Source: Minisyncoccota bacterium (GTDB taxonomy: Bacteria > Patescibacteriota > Minisyncoccia > Phycocordibacterales > JAQTLZ01). Taken from it: 64,000 nt of DNA. The translations under genes and the position numbers were made by a program. The notes under the pieces are model-generated. The model did not search any database. It was not told where the DNA came from and saw nothing but the letters and a program-made list of their open reading frames with translations. Of the stretch, positions 36,422 to 45,325 are shown in pieces (positions within the stretch are counted from its first letter, which is position 1; every line of letters begins with the position of its first letter). The stretch is taken from assembly GCA_028711065.1 (NCBI GenBank), contig JAQTSY010000001.1, positions 22,610 through 86,609 on the forward strand. The letters run 5' to 3'.

Positions 36422-37890
36422 CCAAAGAAGAAATCATTCACGAGATAAATACTAAGAAGGACTGGTATCCAAAAAGTTATGCGGGATTTTTGTTTGGTAT
36501 TTATATGCAGGGTGAGGGACTCTCCAGGGGCTCTAAAGAAATTCCTTTGGCAATATCTTATGGCATGGTATATCAAAACCATAACCGGCAAGACCATTGG
36601 GACTGGTTTTGGAATATTGGGAAAATGATTCAGAAAAGGAATGAAATTCTTGAAAAAGCTGTTTCCGAAAAAGCCTTTGCAGATACTTATTTTAAAGCTT
36701 GGGAGAAAACCTATGAAAATTATCTCGCCGCTTTTGAAGAAGCAAAAGAACTAGACTTGAATTCCTTGTACGAAATTCTCTCTCTGAAATTTAGGAAATT
36801 ATACGAAACACTCATCGCGCAGGCGGCATACGGATATGTCGTTGATACCTTTCTCACCGCCGAAGACAGCGATTGGCTCGTAGAAGAAATAAAAAATGAA
36901 CTTCGAGAGAAAGCGACACCGGAAGTGATAGCTACCCTTACTGCTCCAGTTTTTCATTCGTTTATCGGAGAATTCAATGAGCGGATCCGAAAACTTGCTC
37001 TCTCTATCCGAGACAAGCGGGATAGCGAAAACATACAGAAAGAAGCTTTAAAGATCACGAAAGAATTTTTTTGGATAAAAACAAATTACCGCGATTACGG
37101 ACGGATTACACAAGAGCAAGTTTTGCATGAGGCCAGCCAGCTCCTCGATAAATCCTCATCTCTTTCTGAAAGCGCGGACCATTCTGAAAAAAACAGGACG
37201 GAAAAAGATCGAATACTAGAGTCATTTAACGCTTCCGCGCGCCTTCGCCGCATACTTCATATTTCCGAACTTTTCACCCATATTCAGGATAAGCGCAAAG
37301 AATGTGTGCTTCGCAATAACAGCCTTTTTTTCGAATTTCTCGAAACAATAGCGAAACGAGAATCGGTAGATAAGAAACTTTTTTTCTATTCAACTTCCCA
37401 GGAATTTTTCTCGTTTTTGAAAGGAATACCTCTTCCAACACACCTTATTGAAAAACGTATACATGAGGGAGTGATGGTTCTTTTTTCTAATGACACCTCT
37501 TATCTCATGTATAAAGAAGAGATCGACAGTTCTCTTAAAAGCGAGCATCTCTTTCCTAATCTTCAGAATGTGACAGAACTCCGCGGCTCAATTGCCTTTA
37601 AAGGAAAAGTGAAGGGAACTGTTCGCGTGCTCCGCAATACTACCGAGATCAATACTTTCGGAGAAGGGCAGATTCTCGTTGCCAACCAAACCACGCCAGA
37701 ATTTGTCCCTGCTATGAAAAAAGCTGCGGCCATTGTTACCGACCAGGGAGGAATTACCTGCCATGCTGCTATCGTTGCCCGTGAGCTTAAAAAGCCCTGT
37801 ATCATTGGTACAAAAAATGCGACCCAAGTTTTGAAAGATGGTGATGTTGTAGAAGTGGATGCGGAGAAGGGAATTGTAAGAATTTTATAA
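36418..37890 (+). CDS. PEP-utilising-enzyme mobile domain protein, paralog 3
   Basis: C-terminal 'GSIAFKGKVKGTVRVL...GQILVANQTTPEF...DQGGITCHAAIVARELKKPCIIGTK'. It overlaps the previous gene by 4 nt (ATGA). Confidence 0.75.
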   Translation: MTKEEIIHEINTKKDWYPKSYAGFLFGIYMQGEGLSRGSKEIPLAISYGMVYQNHNRQDHWDWFWNIGKMIQKRNEILEKAVSEKAFADTYFKAWEKTYENYLAAFEEAKELDLNSLYEILSLKFRKLYETLIAQAAYGYVVDTFLTAEDSDWLVEEIKNELREKATPEVIATLTAPVFHSFIGEFNERIRKLALSIRDKRDSENIQKEALKITKEFFWIKTNYRDYGRITQEQVLHEASQLLDKSSSLSESADHSEKNRTEKDRILESFNASARLRRILHISELFTHIQDKRKECVLRNNSLFFEFLETIAKRESVDKKLFFYSTSQEFFSFLKGIPLPTHLIEKRIHEGVMVLFSNDTSYLMYKEEIDSSLKSEHLFPNLQNVTELRGSIAFKGKVKGTVRVLRNTTEINTFGEGQILVANQTTPEFVPAMKKAAAIVTDQGGITCHAAIVARELKKPCIIGTKNATQVLKDGDVVEVDAEKGIVRIL

Positions 37891-37893
37891 AGC

Positions 37894-39318
37894 ATGGAAA
37901 AAGAGTTACTGCTTAATCCAAATACTGAACTTTTTCGATGGGGACCGACACCGGGCCGAAATTTTCTAATCGGGGATATTTTAGACATCATTGTCACTCG
38001 ATACGTAGATTTATACCCTGGATATGGATGGCCTGATTTTATGTTTCTCTATAAAGAAGGAAGATTTATCTATGTCTGCAGTTTTCCAGAGATTCGGGAA
38101 GCTGGAAAGAAGACATTCTTGAAATTCATAATACCCGAAAATACACGAGAGCATGAAATTGCTTTATGGGAAAAGAAAATACAAGAAGTTCTCCGCTGGG
38201 AAGAAAAAATTACTCACCCTGACCTAAAAAAACTTTCGGAGAAGGATTTTCTAACACTTTGGAAAGATTTCCACCATGCAATCGGCGATTTTTGGATACA
38301 TTCACAAATACCCGAGATTGCGAATTATGGTTCATCAGTCCTTTTAGAAGAAAAACTCCGAGAATTTATCAAAAAGAAAGATGAACTTGCTCATGCAATG
38401 GAGATACTTACCGCACCTGAAGAATATTCTTTCTATCAGGAGGAAGAACTGGAGCTTGCGGAAACGTCCGATCTGAAAGCTCATGCCGATAAATACTTCT
38501 GGATTCAAAACAGCTATGCAAATGTCGAGACAGCAAAAGTAGCATTTTTCCAAAAGCGGAAAAAAGAGTTACAAAGCAATTTTCGAGAAGAAGCGGAAAA
38601 AAGAATACAAAAAGTTAGGAGAGAAAAAATTGAACTTCAAGAGAAGTATGGCTTGCCAAAAGAAATTATGGATGTAGCAGAAGCCCTTGTCGCAAGCATT
38701 GTGTGGCAAGACAGGAGAAAACGCTATATTTGGGAACAACTCCACTACAAACAAATCCTGATCGAAGAGATGTCTCGAAGATTCAATATTCTTGTTTCAG
38801 ATCTTTATAATTTTACTGCGGGGGAAATCCTGGATCTTTTGTATAGAAAATCCCGCGAAAAAGATATCGAGCAAAGAAGAAAGACGTTTGCTTTTATTTC
38901 CGCCAAAAAAGACAAATATATCTATGGAATTGAGGCAGAAAAAGCTTGGGATACCTATGTACAGGACAAGGCTCCCGAGAATACGAAAGAATTCGGCGGT
39001 ATTATCGCGAGCAAAGGAAAAATATTAAAAATAGAGGGAAGAGCGCGCATAGTGCTTGATCCAAAAAACGCTCACGATTTTGAAAAAGGTGAAATATTAG
39101 TCGCTCCGATGACGAGCCCAGATTTTGTGTTCCTCATGAAAGAGGCGGGAGCTATCGTCACTGACAACGGAGGATTAACCTCGCATGCGGCAATTACCTC
39201 GCGGGAACTCCATAAAACATGTATCGTTGGGACAAGAATTGCTACAAAAGTGTTAAAAGACGGAGATATGATTGAGGTGGATGCTAATAGTGGTACTATT
39301 AGAATATTAAATAACTAA
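37894..39318 (+). CDS. PEP-utilising-enzyme mobile domain protein, paralog 4
   Basis: C-terminal 'GGIIASKGKILKIEGRARIV...GEILVAPMTSPDF...DNGGLTSHAAITSRELHKTCIVGTR'. The N-terminal domains of paralogs 2-4 share an 'FFWI.(T/N)NY' motif. Confidence 0.75.
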   Translation: MEKELLLNPNTELFRWGPTPGRNFLIGDILDIIVTRYVDLYPGYGWPDFMFLYKEGRFIYVCSFPEIREAGKKTFLKFIIPENTREHEIALWEKKIQEVLRWEEKITHPDLKKLSEKDFLTLWKDFHHAIGDFWIHSQIPEIANYGSSVLLEEKLREFIKKKDELAHAMEILTAPEEYSFYQEEELELAETSDLKAHADKYFWIQNSYANVETAKVAFFQKRKKELQSNFREEAEKRIQKVRREKIELQEKYGLPKEIMDVAEALVASIVWQDRRKRYIWEQLHYKQILIEEMSRRFNILVSDLYNFTAGEILDLLYRKSREKDIEQRRKTFAFISAKKDKYIYGIEAEKAWDTYVQDKAPENTKEFGGIIASKGKILKIEGRARIVLDPKNAHDFEKGEILVAPMTSPDFVFLMKEAGAIVTDNGGLTSHAAITSRELHKTCIVGTRIATKVLKDGDMIEVDANSGTIRILNN

Positions 39319-39327
39319 GCAATATCT

Positions 39328-40485
39328 ATGAGTGAAAACAATGAGGCGGGGCCACAAATAGGAGCAAGTTGGGAGGGTTATTCAGAGGGAGAGGCGCTAG
39401 AACGTTTGAGACAACTAGGTATAAAGCCGGAATTAGCTTTTTCGATTGAAGACGAAAAAAATCTTAAAGGAGAGAAGGTGAATGCTGAAATTTTCTGGAC
39501 CAAAATAGGGAAACCCGATGGAGAAGAATTTGCTGATCTTGTTCCTGTCGAATCAAAAATCTATTTGCCAAAAGAAAATGCTAATGGCGAACTCATTCTC
39601 TTTACTCCCGGTTTCCCCGGAGGAAACGCGGGACGATTTGAACAAAGATATGCGAAAGATTTTACAGACGCTGGCTATGCATTTGCAACAATCCGGCATA
39701 ATGGGACATCACTCACCAATGGCAAAACATCAGCAGAGATCATGAACTCGCCGAAACGCACAGAGATTGCAAAACAGGCGGGAGAACATCATCTCGGCGG
39801 CACGCGACCGGAAGGATATACGCCTCGCCAGATGATTGATGAGCCGGTTGGAGTACTTTTAGCTCTTCAGGAAAAATTCAAAAGGGTACACCTCATGGGG
39901 CAGTCAATGGGTGTCGCTTCGAGCTACAACACGGCTACAAGATTAAAAAATCATCCTGAAGTGACAGACAAAATAGGAAACATTGTGGGAATCGCGGGTT
40001 ATGTGGGAGGAACCGATGGTGTTCCGGACGGCATATGGGAAGGTATGAAAGATTTTGACGGGGGCGGAAAATATCCAAATGGAATGGATGGGCTTATCGC
40101 GTACGAGCTAGACTACGTAAAAAAAGTTGACCTCAATTTCGCTCTGAATGCAGATCAATTCAAACAATCGCTTAAAGAGGTCGCGGAGAAAAATGCCGAA
40201 ATGGAAGTGCCGGAACATGTCGGGAATGTTCTCGTCTTTTGTCCTGGCGATCCGCTTATTGCTGGACCAAAAGCAAAAACAGGCGAAGAGCTTTTACAAT
40301 ACGGACCAGAAACAAAGAGAAAAGCTGTTATTGAAGATTTAAGCATGCCCGAATCAGAAAAAGCAAAAGCACATTCTATGCTTTGGATAGAGCCGGAAAA
40401 TTTGATCCGCGCAGTCGAGGCGAAAGTTTCATCTCATGGGCCACATTACTTCACGGTTGGGGGTAAAAAAGAACAAAATGGCTAA
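39328..40485 (+). CDS. alpha/beta-hydrolase fold protein
   Basis: 'HLMGQSMGVASS' nucleophile elbow (GxSxG) with the preceding 'LILFTPGFPGG' strand. Confidence 0.5.
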   Translation: MSENNEAGPQIGASWEGYSEGEALERLRQLGIKPELAFSIEDEKNLKGEKVNAEIFWTKIGKPDGEEFADLVPVESKIYLPKENANGELILFTPGFPGGNAGRFEQRYAKDFTDAGYAFATIRHNGTSLTNGKTSAEIMNSPKRTEIAKQAGEHHLGGTRPEGYTPRQMIDEPVGVLLALQEKFKRVHLMGQSMGVASSYNTATRLKNHPEVTDKIGNIVGIAGYVGGTDGVPDGIWEGMKDFDGGGKYPNGMDGLIAYELDYVKKVDLNFALNADQFKQSLKEVAEKNAEMEVPEHVGNVLVFCPGDPLIAGPKAKTGEELLQYGPETKRKAVIEDLSMPESEKAKAHSMLWIEPENLIRAVEAKVSSHGPHYFTVGGKKEQNG

Positions 40486-41263
40486 ATCAAAAATAAAAAA
40501 ATATTTTGTAGAAAGTGCTGGAAAAAAGGTTTTTGTACAAGTTGAATATCCGTCCAAAGTTCCAGCTCCAGCTATCATCGTGGGGCATGGCTTACGCTCT
40601 TACTACACGGGGTTTCTGAATATCTTTGCTAAAAAGCTGCGCGACGAGGGTTATATCAGCGTAAAATTTCATTTTATAGGGACCGGAAAAAGCGAGGGAC
40701 TATTTGAAGAAAAAAGCACGGCGACTATGGTGCAAAATTTCAAAGATGTTATTGCATATCTCAAAACACTTCCTGAAATCACTGATATCGGGGTCATGGG
40801 AAGAAGTAATGCGGGTTCTCTCGCCGCACTTGCCGGCCCAATTGAGAGAGTAAAATCCTACGTGCTTTTGGGCTCTCCTGCTTTCTATTCGTTGAACATG
40901 AAGAAATTTCTTGAGATGGCTGATACAACAAAAGGAGAATATTTCTACCATAGCTCTTTTAAAAGAAAACACACAAAGGGAGAGGGAAGACTTCCTTTGA
41001 GTTTCTTGGAAGAAATCGGAACATTCGATAAGAGGCTTCTTGAAGGAATTAAAAAGCTCAAAAACGTCTGCCTTCTCCAAAGCAAAGTAGACGAAGCTGT
41101 ACCTGTAGAGGAAGGTCATTTTGACTACTGGAAAGAAAATCTTCCAAAACCAAATTGGACAAAGATAATGGAGAAGGGCAAAAATCACAGCTTCAAAGGC
41201 TGCAAAGCTGAAGTGTACCAAGATGCAATCACTTGGTTTCGGAAAACCCTGCCTATAAGATAG
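40478..41263 (+). CDS. alpha/beta-hydrolase fold protein (dienelactone-hydrolase/BAAT-like)
   Basis: 'IIVGHGLRS' followed by nucleophile elbow 'GVMGRSNAGSLAA'. It overlaps the upstream hydrolase by 8 nt (ATGGCTAA). Confidence 0.5.
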   Translation: MAKSKIKKYFVESAGKKVFVQVEYPSKVPAPAIIVGHGLRSYYTGFLNIFAKKLRDEGYISVKFHFIGTGKSEGLFEEKSTATMVQNFKDVIAYLKTLPEITDIGVMGRSNAGSLAALAGPIERVKSYVLLGSPAFYSLNMKKFLEMADTTKGEYFYHSSFKRKHTKGEGRLPLSFLEEIGTFDKRLLEGIKKLKNVCLLQSKVDEAVPVEEGHFDYWKENLPKPNWTKIMEKGKNHSFKGCKAEVYQDAITWFRKTLPIR

Positions 41264-41293
41264 GCCTAATACAGAAAGGAGAGGTTAGAAATT

Positions 41294-41335
41294 ATAAAAA
41301 CGTAAAACACCGCAAGCCTTCTAGGTTGCGGTGTT
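41294..41335 (-). terminator. intrinsic terminator (minus strand) after the SixA-like gene; hairpin shared with the + strand operon end
   Basis: A 10-bp stem 'aacaccgcaa...ttgcggtgtt' is preceded on the + strand by 'aaaaacgtaaa', which is the T-run on the minus strand. Confidence 0.6.
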
Positions 41336-41363
41336 CGTCTGACAGTTTGTACTCGAATCGGAC

Positions 41364-41948
41364 TTATTCAACGATGGTGAGCACGCCGGTATCCTTATTG
41401 AAGTCAAAGACAACGAAGCCTTTGGCTGTCAGCTTGGAACTCAGCACCACCTCCAGCAGGCGTTCGGCATTGAAGCTCGCCCCGCTCGCCATGTCCACCA
41501 ACGCCCCGATAATCGGGCGGTGGCTCACGACAAGAATCGTCTGCCCGGACTTTACTTCAGTGTGGAACTTCGCCAGGACGCGTTTCGCGCTCTCGTGCCA
41601 TGCGAGACATCCTTCGCCCTCATACCCTGGTAGAAACGCTTCGGCAACGACTTTTCCGTCGACCACATCACCCGAGCCGTGCTGGCCCAAGTCATTGATG
41701 GTCTCGAAGTCGATGTCGAGTGCGTTCGCCAAGAGCGACATGGCATCGAGCGCCCGCGCCATGCGTGAGCTGAACGCCTGTCCGTAAGGCCCCTGCGCCT
41801 TAATCGCGTCGATGAGTTTGGCGACTTTCACCATTCCATCGACAGTCATGGGCGGATTGGCCGCGACGAGCGCCAACACCTTTCCAATGATCCCTTCATG
41901 TTTCGGACCATGGAAAACGGCGACGATCCTCAAAATATTTTCGTTCAC
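41364..41948 (-). CDS. histidine-phosphatase-superfamily protein (SixA/phosphoglycerate-mutase-like, divergent)
   Basis: 'IVAVFHGPKHEG' sits at the position of the RHG motif, with R replaced by F. A second His motif 'ILVVSHRPIIGAL' is present. GC-rich. Confidence 0.4.
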   Translation of the reverse strand: MNENILRIVAVFHGPKHEGIIGKVLALVAANPPMTVDGMVKVAKLIDAIKAQGPYGQAFSSRMARALDAMSLLANALDIDFETINDLGQHGSGDVVDGKVVAEAFLPGYEGEGCLAWHESAKRVLAKFHTEVKSGQTILVVSHRPIIGALVDMASGASFNAERLLEVVLSSKLTAKGFVVFDFNKDTGVLTIVE

Positions 41949-42172
41949 GAGTAACCCTCCGTTGTTTTAAATCCCAATCCTTTTCAAGAGCCAGATTTCC
42001 GAAAGGAAACCTAAAAAGAGCCCTGAAAAAGGAACCTGCTACCTAGCATTATAGCATATTCATATCTTTTGTCAATGTATTCATGAGCCCGCTTACCTTG
42101 CTTTTTCATGACTAAAGAGTAACCTTTTATTTTAGGGTTCTAGATGTACAAAAGGGGAAACCAACAAAGGGG

Positions 42173-43177
42173 GTGGACATGTCTACCACAAATGCTGTGC
42201 AGATCGTCGGCGTAAAGGATTACACCTTCGAGATGCTCATGCGGATTTTCAAGCTCGCAGATGGGTACCGGGACGCTCTGGCGCAGAGAAAGTTTGAGGA
42301 GCTGAAAGTGCTCAGAAACTGCTTGGCATTCAACTACTTCTACAGCCCCTCGACGCGCACTCGGACATCGTTCGACGTCGCCATGGAGAGGCTTGGAATG
42401 ATCGTTGAATGGTCGGAAGCCGCCGGGCAATTTTCGAAGACGGTGCAGGGAGAGATCCTCGAACACTCCGTGCGCATCTACTGCGGCTACGGCGCGGATG
42501 TATTTGTCCTCCGGCATGGAGACGATGACGCCGCCGAACGGGCATCAGTTGTGTGCAAAGAGATGGGCGTGCCGTTTCTGAACGCCGGAAGCGGTTCTCG
42601 CGAACATCCAACGCAGTTTGCGCTTGATTTCTACATCATGCTCCAGGATCTCATGGAGCGCGGACTTGTGGAGCAGATCACCAACAGGCACGTCCTCGCC
42701 AAGAGACCGATCAATCTCCTAGTGAGCATGGACCCGGAATTTGGCCGGACAATTCGTTCCGTGGTCCGCGGGCTGGCTCGATTTTTGCGGCCGCTTCGTG
42801 TTTGGGCCTGGGCGCCGTCAATTCTGACTCTTGGAGAAGACATTCTCCGGGAACTCGAAGATTTGGGGGTTCCTTTCGAGGGATATGTGACTGACGTGCG
42901 GAGGATTTTGCCGATGATCGACATCCACTATCATCAGCGTCCTCAATATGAACGGATGTCGCCGGAAAAAAGGAAAATCGTCGAGATGAACGAGCCAAGC
43001 TTCAAGGTCGGCCTCCATGAGATGGCACTTCTTGGAGGATTACTCTATCATCCGATGCCCATCGTGAACGAGGTCGACAGGGCAGTGGATACCCACCCCA
43101 AGGCTCGCTACTTCCCACAAGCTGCTTGGGGCTTGCCGGTGCGGATGGGAAATCTGGTAGAAGTCGTCAGGCGATAG
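42173..43177 (+). CDS. aspartate/ornithine carbamoyltransferase-family protein (ATCase-like)
   Basis: 'YSPSTRTRTSFDVAMERLG' matches the STRTR carbamoyl-phosphate-binding motif. 'HPTQ' (HPxQ) and a C-terminal 'HPMP' (cf. HPLP of ATCase) are present. GC-rich with an atypical N-terminus. Strong SD 'gggggtgg'. Confidence 0.7.
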   Translation: MDMSTTNAVQIVGVKDYTFEMLMRIFKLADGYRDALAQRKFEELKVLRNCLAFNYFYSPSTRTRTSFDVAMERLGMIVEWSEAAGQFSKTVQGEILEHSVRIYCGYGADVFVLRHGDDDAAERASVVCKEMGVPFLNAGSGSREHPTQFALDFYIMLQDLMERGLVEQITNRHVLAKRPINLLVSMDPEFGRTIRSVVRGLARFLRPLRVWAWAPSILTLGEDILRELEDLGVPFEGYVTDVRRILPMIDIHYHQRPQYERMSPEKRKIVEMNEPSFKVGLHEMALLGGLLYHPMPIVNEVDRAVDTHPKARYFPQAAWGLPVRMGNLVEVVRR

Positions 43178-43206
43178 CGCAATGCTCGCTATTCAAAATA
43201 AATACA

Positions 43207-43256
43207 GCCGTCGGTCGCCTTCTTACAAAGGTAATCGACGGCATTTTTCTTTCCCC
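43207..43256 (+). terminator. terminator-like hairpin with T-run
   Basis: 'gccgtcg...cgacggc' 7-bp stem with a long loop, followed by 'atttttctttcc'. Confidence 0.4.
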
Positions 43257-43290
43257 CAGCATTGCAATTGATAAATTCTGCTAAATCCGT

Positions 43291-44046
43291 ATGATAGAGG
43301 CCATGTTGAATATAGAAATTTCAGCTGAAAAGCTTTTTTCATTTATGGGGCTCCCCATAACAAACGGCCTCCTTACGAGCTGGATTGTGGTTATTTTGCT
43401 TGTTATTGCTTCCTACATCCTCTCGAGAAACATCCGCAAAGTGCCGAAAACTTTTCAGAATATTGTTGAAAGCGGGGTGGAAGAACTTGTAGGAATGATG
43501 CAAGGAGTTCTTCATTCTCGAAAAAAAGCAGAGAAATTTTTCCCGCTTATTGCAACCATTTTCACCTTCGTCCTCATTTCAAACTGGCTTGGGATTTTTC
43601 CCGGAGTTGGTTCTATTGGATTTAATGAGGTTAGCGAAGGAGTTACAAAATTTATTCCTCTCACACGCTCTGCTGCAGCAGATCTCAACTTCACTCTGGC
43701 AATTGCCCTTATTTCGGTAGTAATGGTAAACATTCTTGCTATCAAGGAACTCGGCGCAAAAATTCATTTCGGTAAATTTTTCAATTTCAAGGGTCCGATT
43801 GAATTTTTCGTTGGAATTCTCGAGATTCTCGGTGAATTTGCGAAGGTTATCTCTTTCTCCTTCCGACTTTTCGGAAATGTCTTTGCGGGAGAGGTACTTC
43901 TCATCATTATGGGCGCTCTCGCACCATTTCTCGCTCCCATTCCGTTTCTTATGCTTGAAATCTTCGTAGGCTTCATACAGGCGTTGGTATTTTCAATGCT
44001 GACGCTTGTATTTTTGAGCATTGCGGTCGAGCACGAGGCTCATTAA
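43291..44046 (+). CDS. atpB: F0F1 ATP synthase subunit a
   Basis: 'FRLFGNVFAGE' carries the essential Arg motif of subunit a. The protein is polytopic. Confidence 0.85.
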   Translation: MIEAMLNIEISAEKLFSFMGLPITNGLLTSWIVVILLVIASYILSRNIRKVPKTFQNIVESGVEELVGMMQGVLHSRKKAEKFFPLIATIFTFVLISNWLGIFPGVGSIGFNEVSEGVTKFIPLTRSAAADLNFTLAIALISVVMVNILAIKELGAKIHFGKFFNFKGPIEFFVGILEILGEFAKVISFSFRLFGNVFAGEVLLIIMGALAPFLAPIPFLMLEIFVGFIQALVFSMLTLVFLSIAVEHEAH

Positions 44047-44169
44047 GCTTGGAAGATGCGTGTGAGTAAAGTACGTTTACTTTCTTCATTCCATAAGATA
44101 TACTGGGGGCGCTTCTTTTTTTTGTTTTCTTTATTTTAGTCATTATTATTAGCCATTAAAAATCATAAA

Positions 44170-44397
44170 ATGGATATAGACACAATTAAGTTATTCGCAG
44201 TTGCAGCAACAATTATCGGTGGAACCCTTTTCCCAGCACTTGCTATCGGAAAGATTGGTTCAAAAGGCCTTGAATCTATCGGCCGAAACCCAGAAGCAGC
44301 TTCAAAAATCCAGACAGCTATGGTGCTTTCTATCGCTTTCGCTGAAGCTATTGCTATTTACGCATTGGTTGTCGCTCTCATCATTAAATTCGTCTAG
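44170..44397 (+). CDS. atpE: F0F1 ATP synthase subunit c
   Basis: 75-aa hairpin protein with the 'GRNPE' loop and the conserved carboxylate in 'AFAEAIAIYALVVAL'. Confidence 0.9.
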   Translation: MDIDTIKLFAVAATIIGGTLFPALAIGKIGSKGLESIGRNPEAASKIQTAMVLSIAFAEAIAIYALVVALIIKFV

Positions 44398-44420
44398 ATA
44401 GCGGCGAATTATAAACGGTT

Positions 44421-44936
44421 ATGAGTGACCTTCTTAATCATCTGGGGGTGGATTGGAAATTGCTACTCGCACAAGTAGTGAATTTTGCCATACTTGCTTT
44501 CGTTTTGACGAAATTCGCTTATAAGCCGATCCTCGGGATGCTCAAAAAGCGCTCCGATGATATCGAAGAGGGGCTTCGAGCAAGCGAAGAATCAAAAGAG
44601 AGATTAAGCAAGACAAAAATTATCGAAGAAGAGCGAATTCTTGCTGCTAACAAAAAAGCTCTTGCAATGGTGCAAGCTGCAGAGACTACTGCAAAAGTGC
44701 GCGGTGAAGCTATCATGGAAGACTCAAAGAAAAAGAGCGAGGGAATGGTGGAAAGCGCTCACAAATCGATAGAGCAGGAAAGAGGACGAATGGCAGAAGA
44801 AGTGGGGAAAGAGGCGAGTATGTTCGTCCGAATGGGACTTGAAAAAGTCATCGGAAAGATGGATTTCAATGAGCGTGATAATGCCCTTATCGCGGAAGCA
44901 TTGAAAGAGATGAAATCTGCTTCAACCCACAAATAA
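44421..44936 (+). CDS. atpF: F0F1 ATP synthase subunit b
   Basis: An N-terminal TM helix is followed by a long charged coiled coil. Position in the operon supports the call. Confidence 0.7.
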   Translation: MSDLLNHLGVDWKLLLAQVVNFAILAFVLTKFAYKPILGMLKKRSDDIEEGLRASEESKERLSKTKIIEEERILAANKKALAMVQAAETTAKVRGEAIMEDSKKKSEGMVESAHKSIEQERGRMAEEVGKEASMFVRMGLEKVIGKMDFNERDNALIAEALKEMKSASTHK

Positions 44937-44939
44937 CCC

Positions 44940-45323
44940 ATGAAATATAAGCCAAAACAATATGCCGAAGCGCTCTACGAAGCTATGGAGGGAGCGAAAA
45001 AAGGAGAAGAAAAACAACTTGTGGAGCATTTTGTCCAAACAGTAAAGAAAAACAAGGATTGGATTCGATTACCGCTCATTCTCAAACATTTCGAGAAAAT
45101 ATTTGTCGAAAAGAACGGTCTGACAAAAGTAGAAGTTGAATCAGCCTATCCCTTGACCGCAAAGACGAGAAAAGAAATCGAAGGAATATTTAAAGATAAA
45201 GTACTCCTAGAAGAAAAAGTAAATCCGAGACTTATCGCTGGAATCCGAATACTTTTAAATAATTCCGTCTTTATCGATTCAAGCGCGCTCAAACACATTA
45301 ACAATCTTTTTATAAACGCATAA
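44940..45323 (+). CDS. atpH: F0F1 ATP synthase subunit delta (short, 127 aa)
   Basis: The C-terminal '[23 protein letters not shown]' matches the OSCP/delta consensus. Position in the operon supports the call. Confidence 0.6.
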   Translation: MKYKPKQYAEALYEAMEGAKKGEEKQLVEHFVQTVKKNKDWIRLPLILKHFEKIFVEKNGLTKVEVESAYPLTAKTRKEIEGIFKDKVLLEEKVNPRLIAGIRILLNNSVFIDSSALKHINNLFINA

Positions 45324-45325
45324 TT

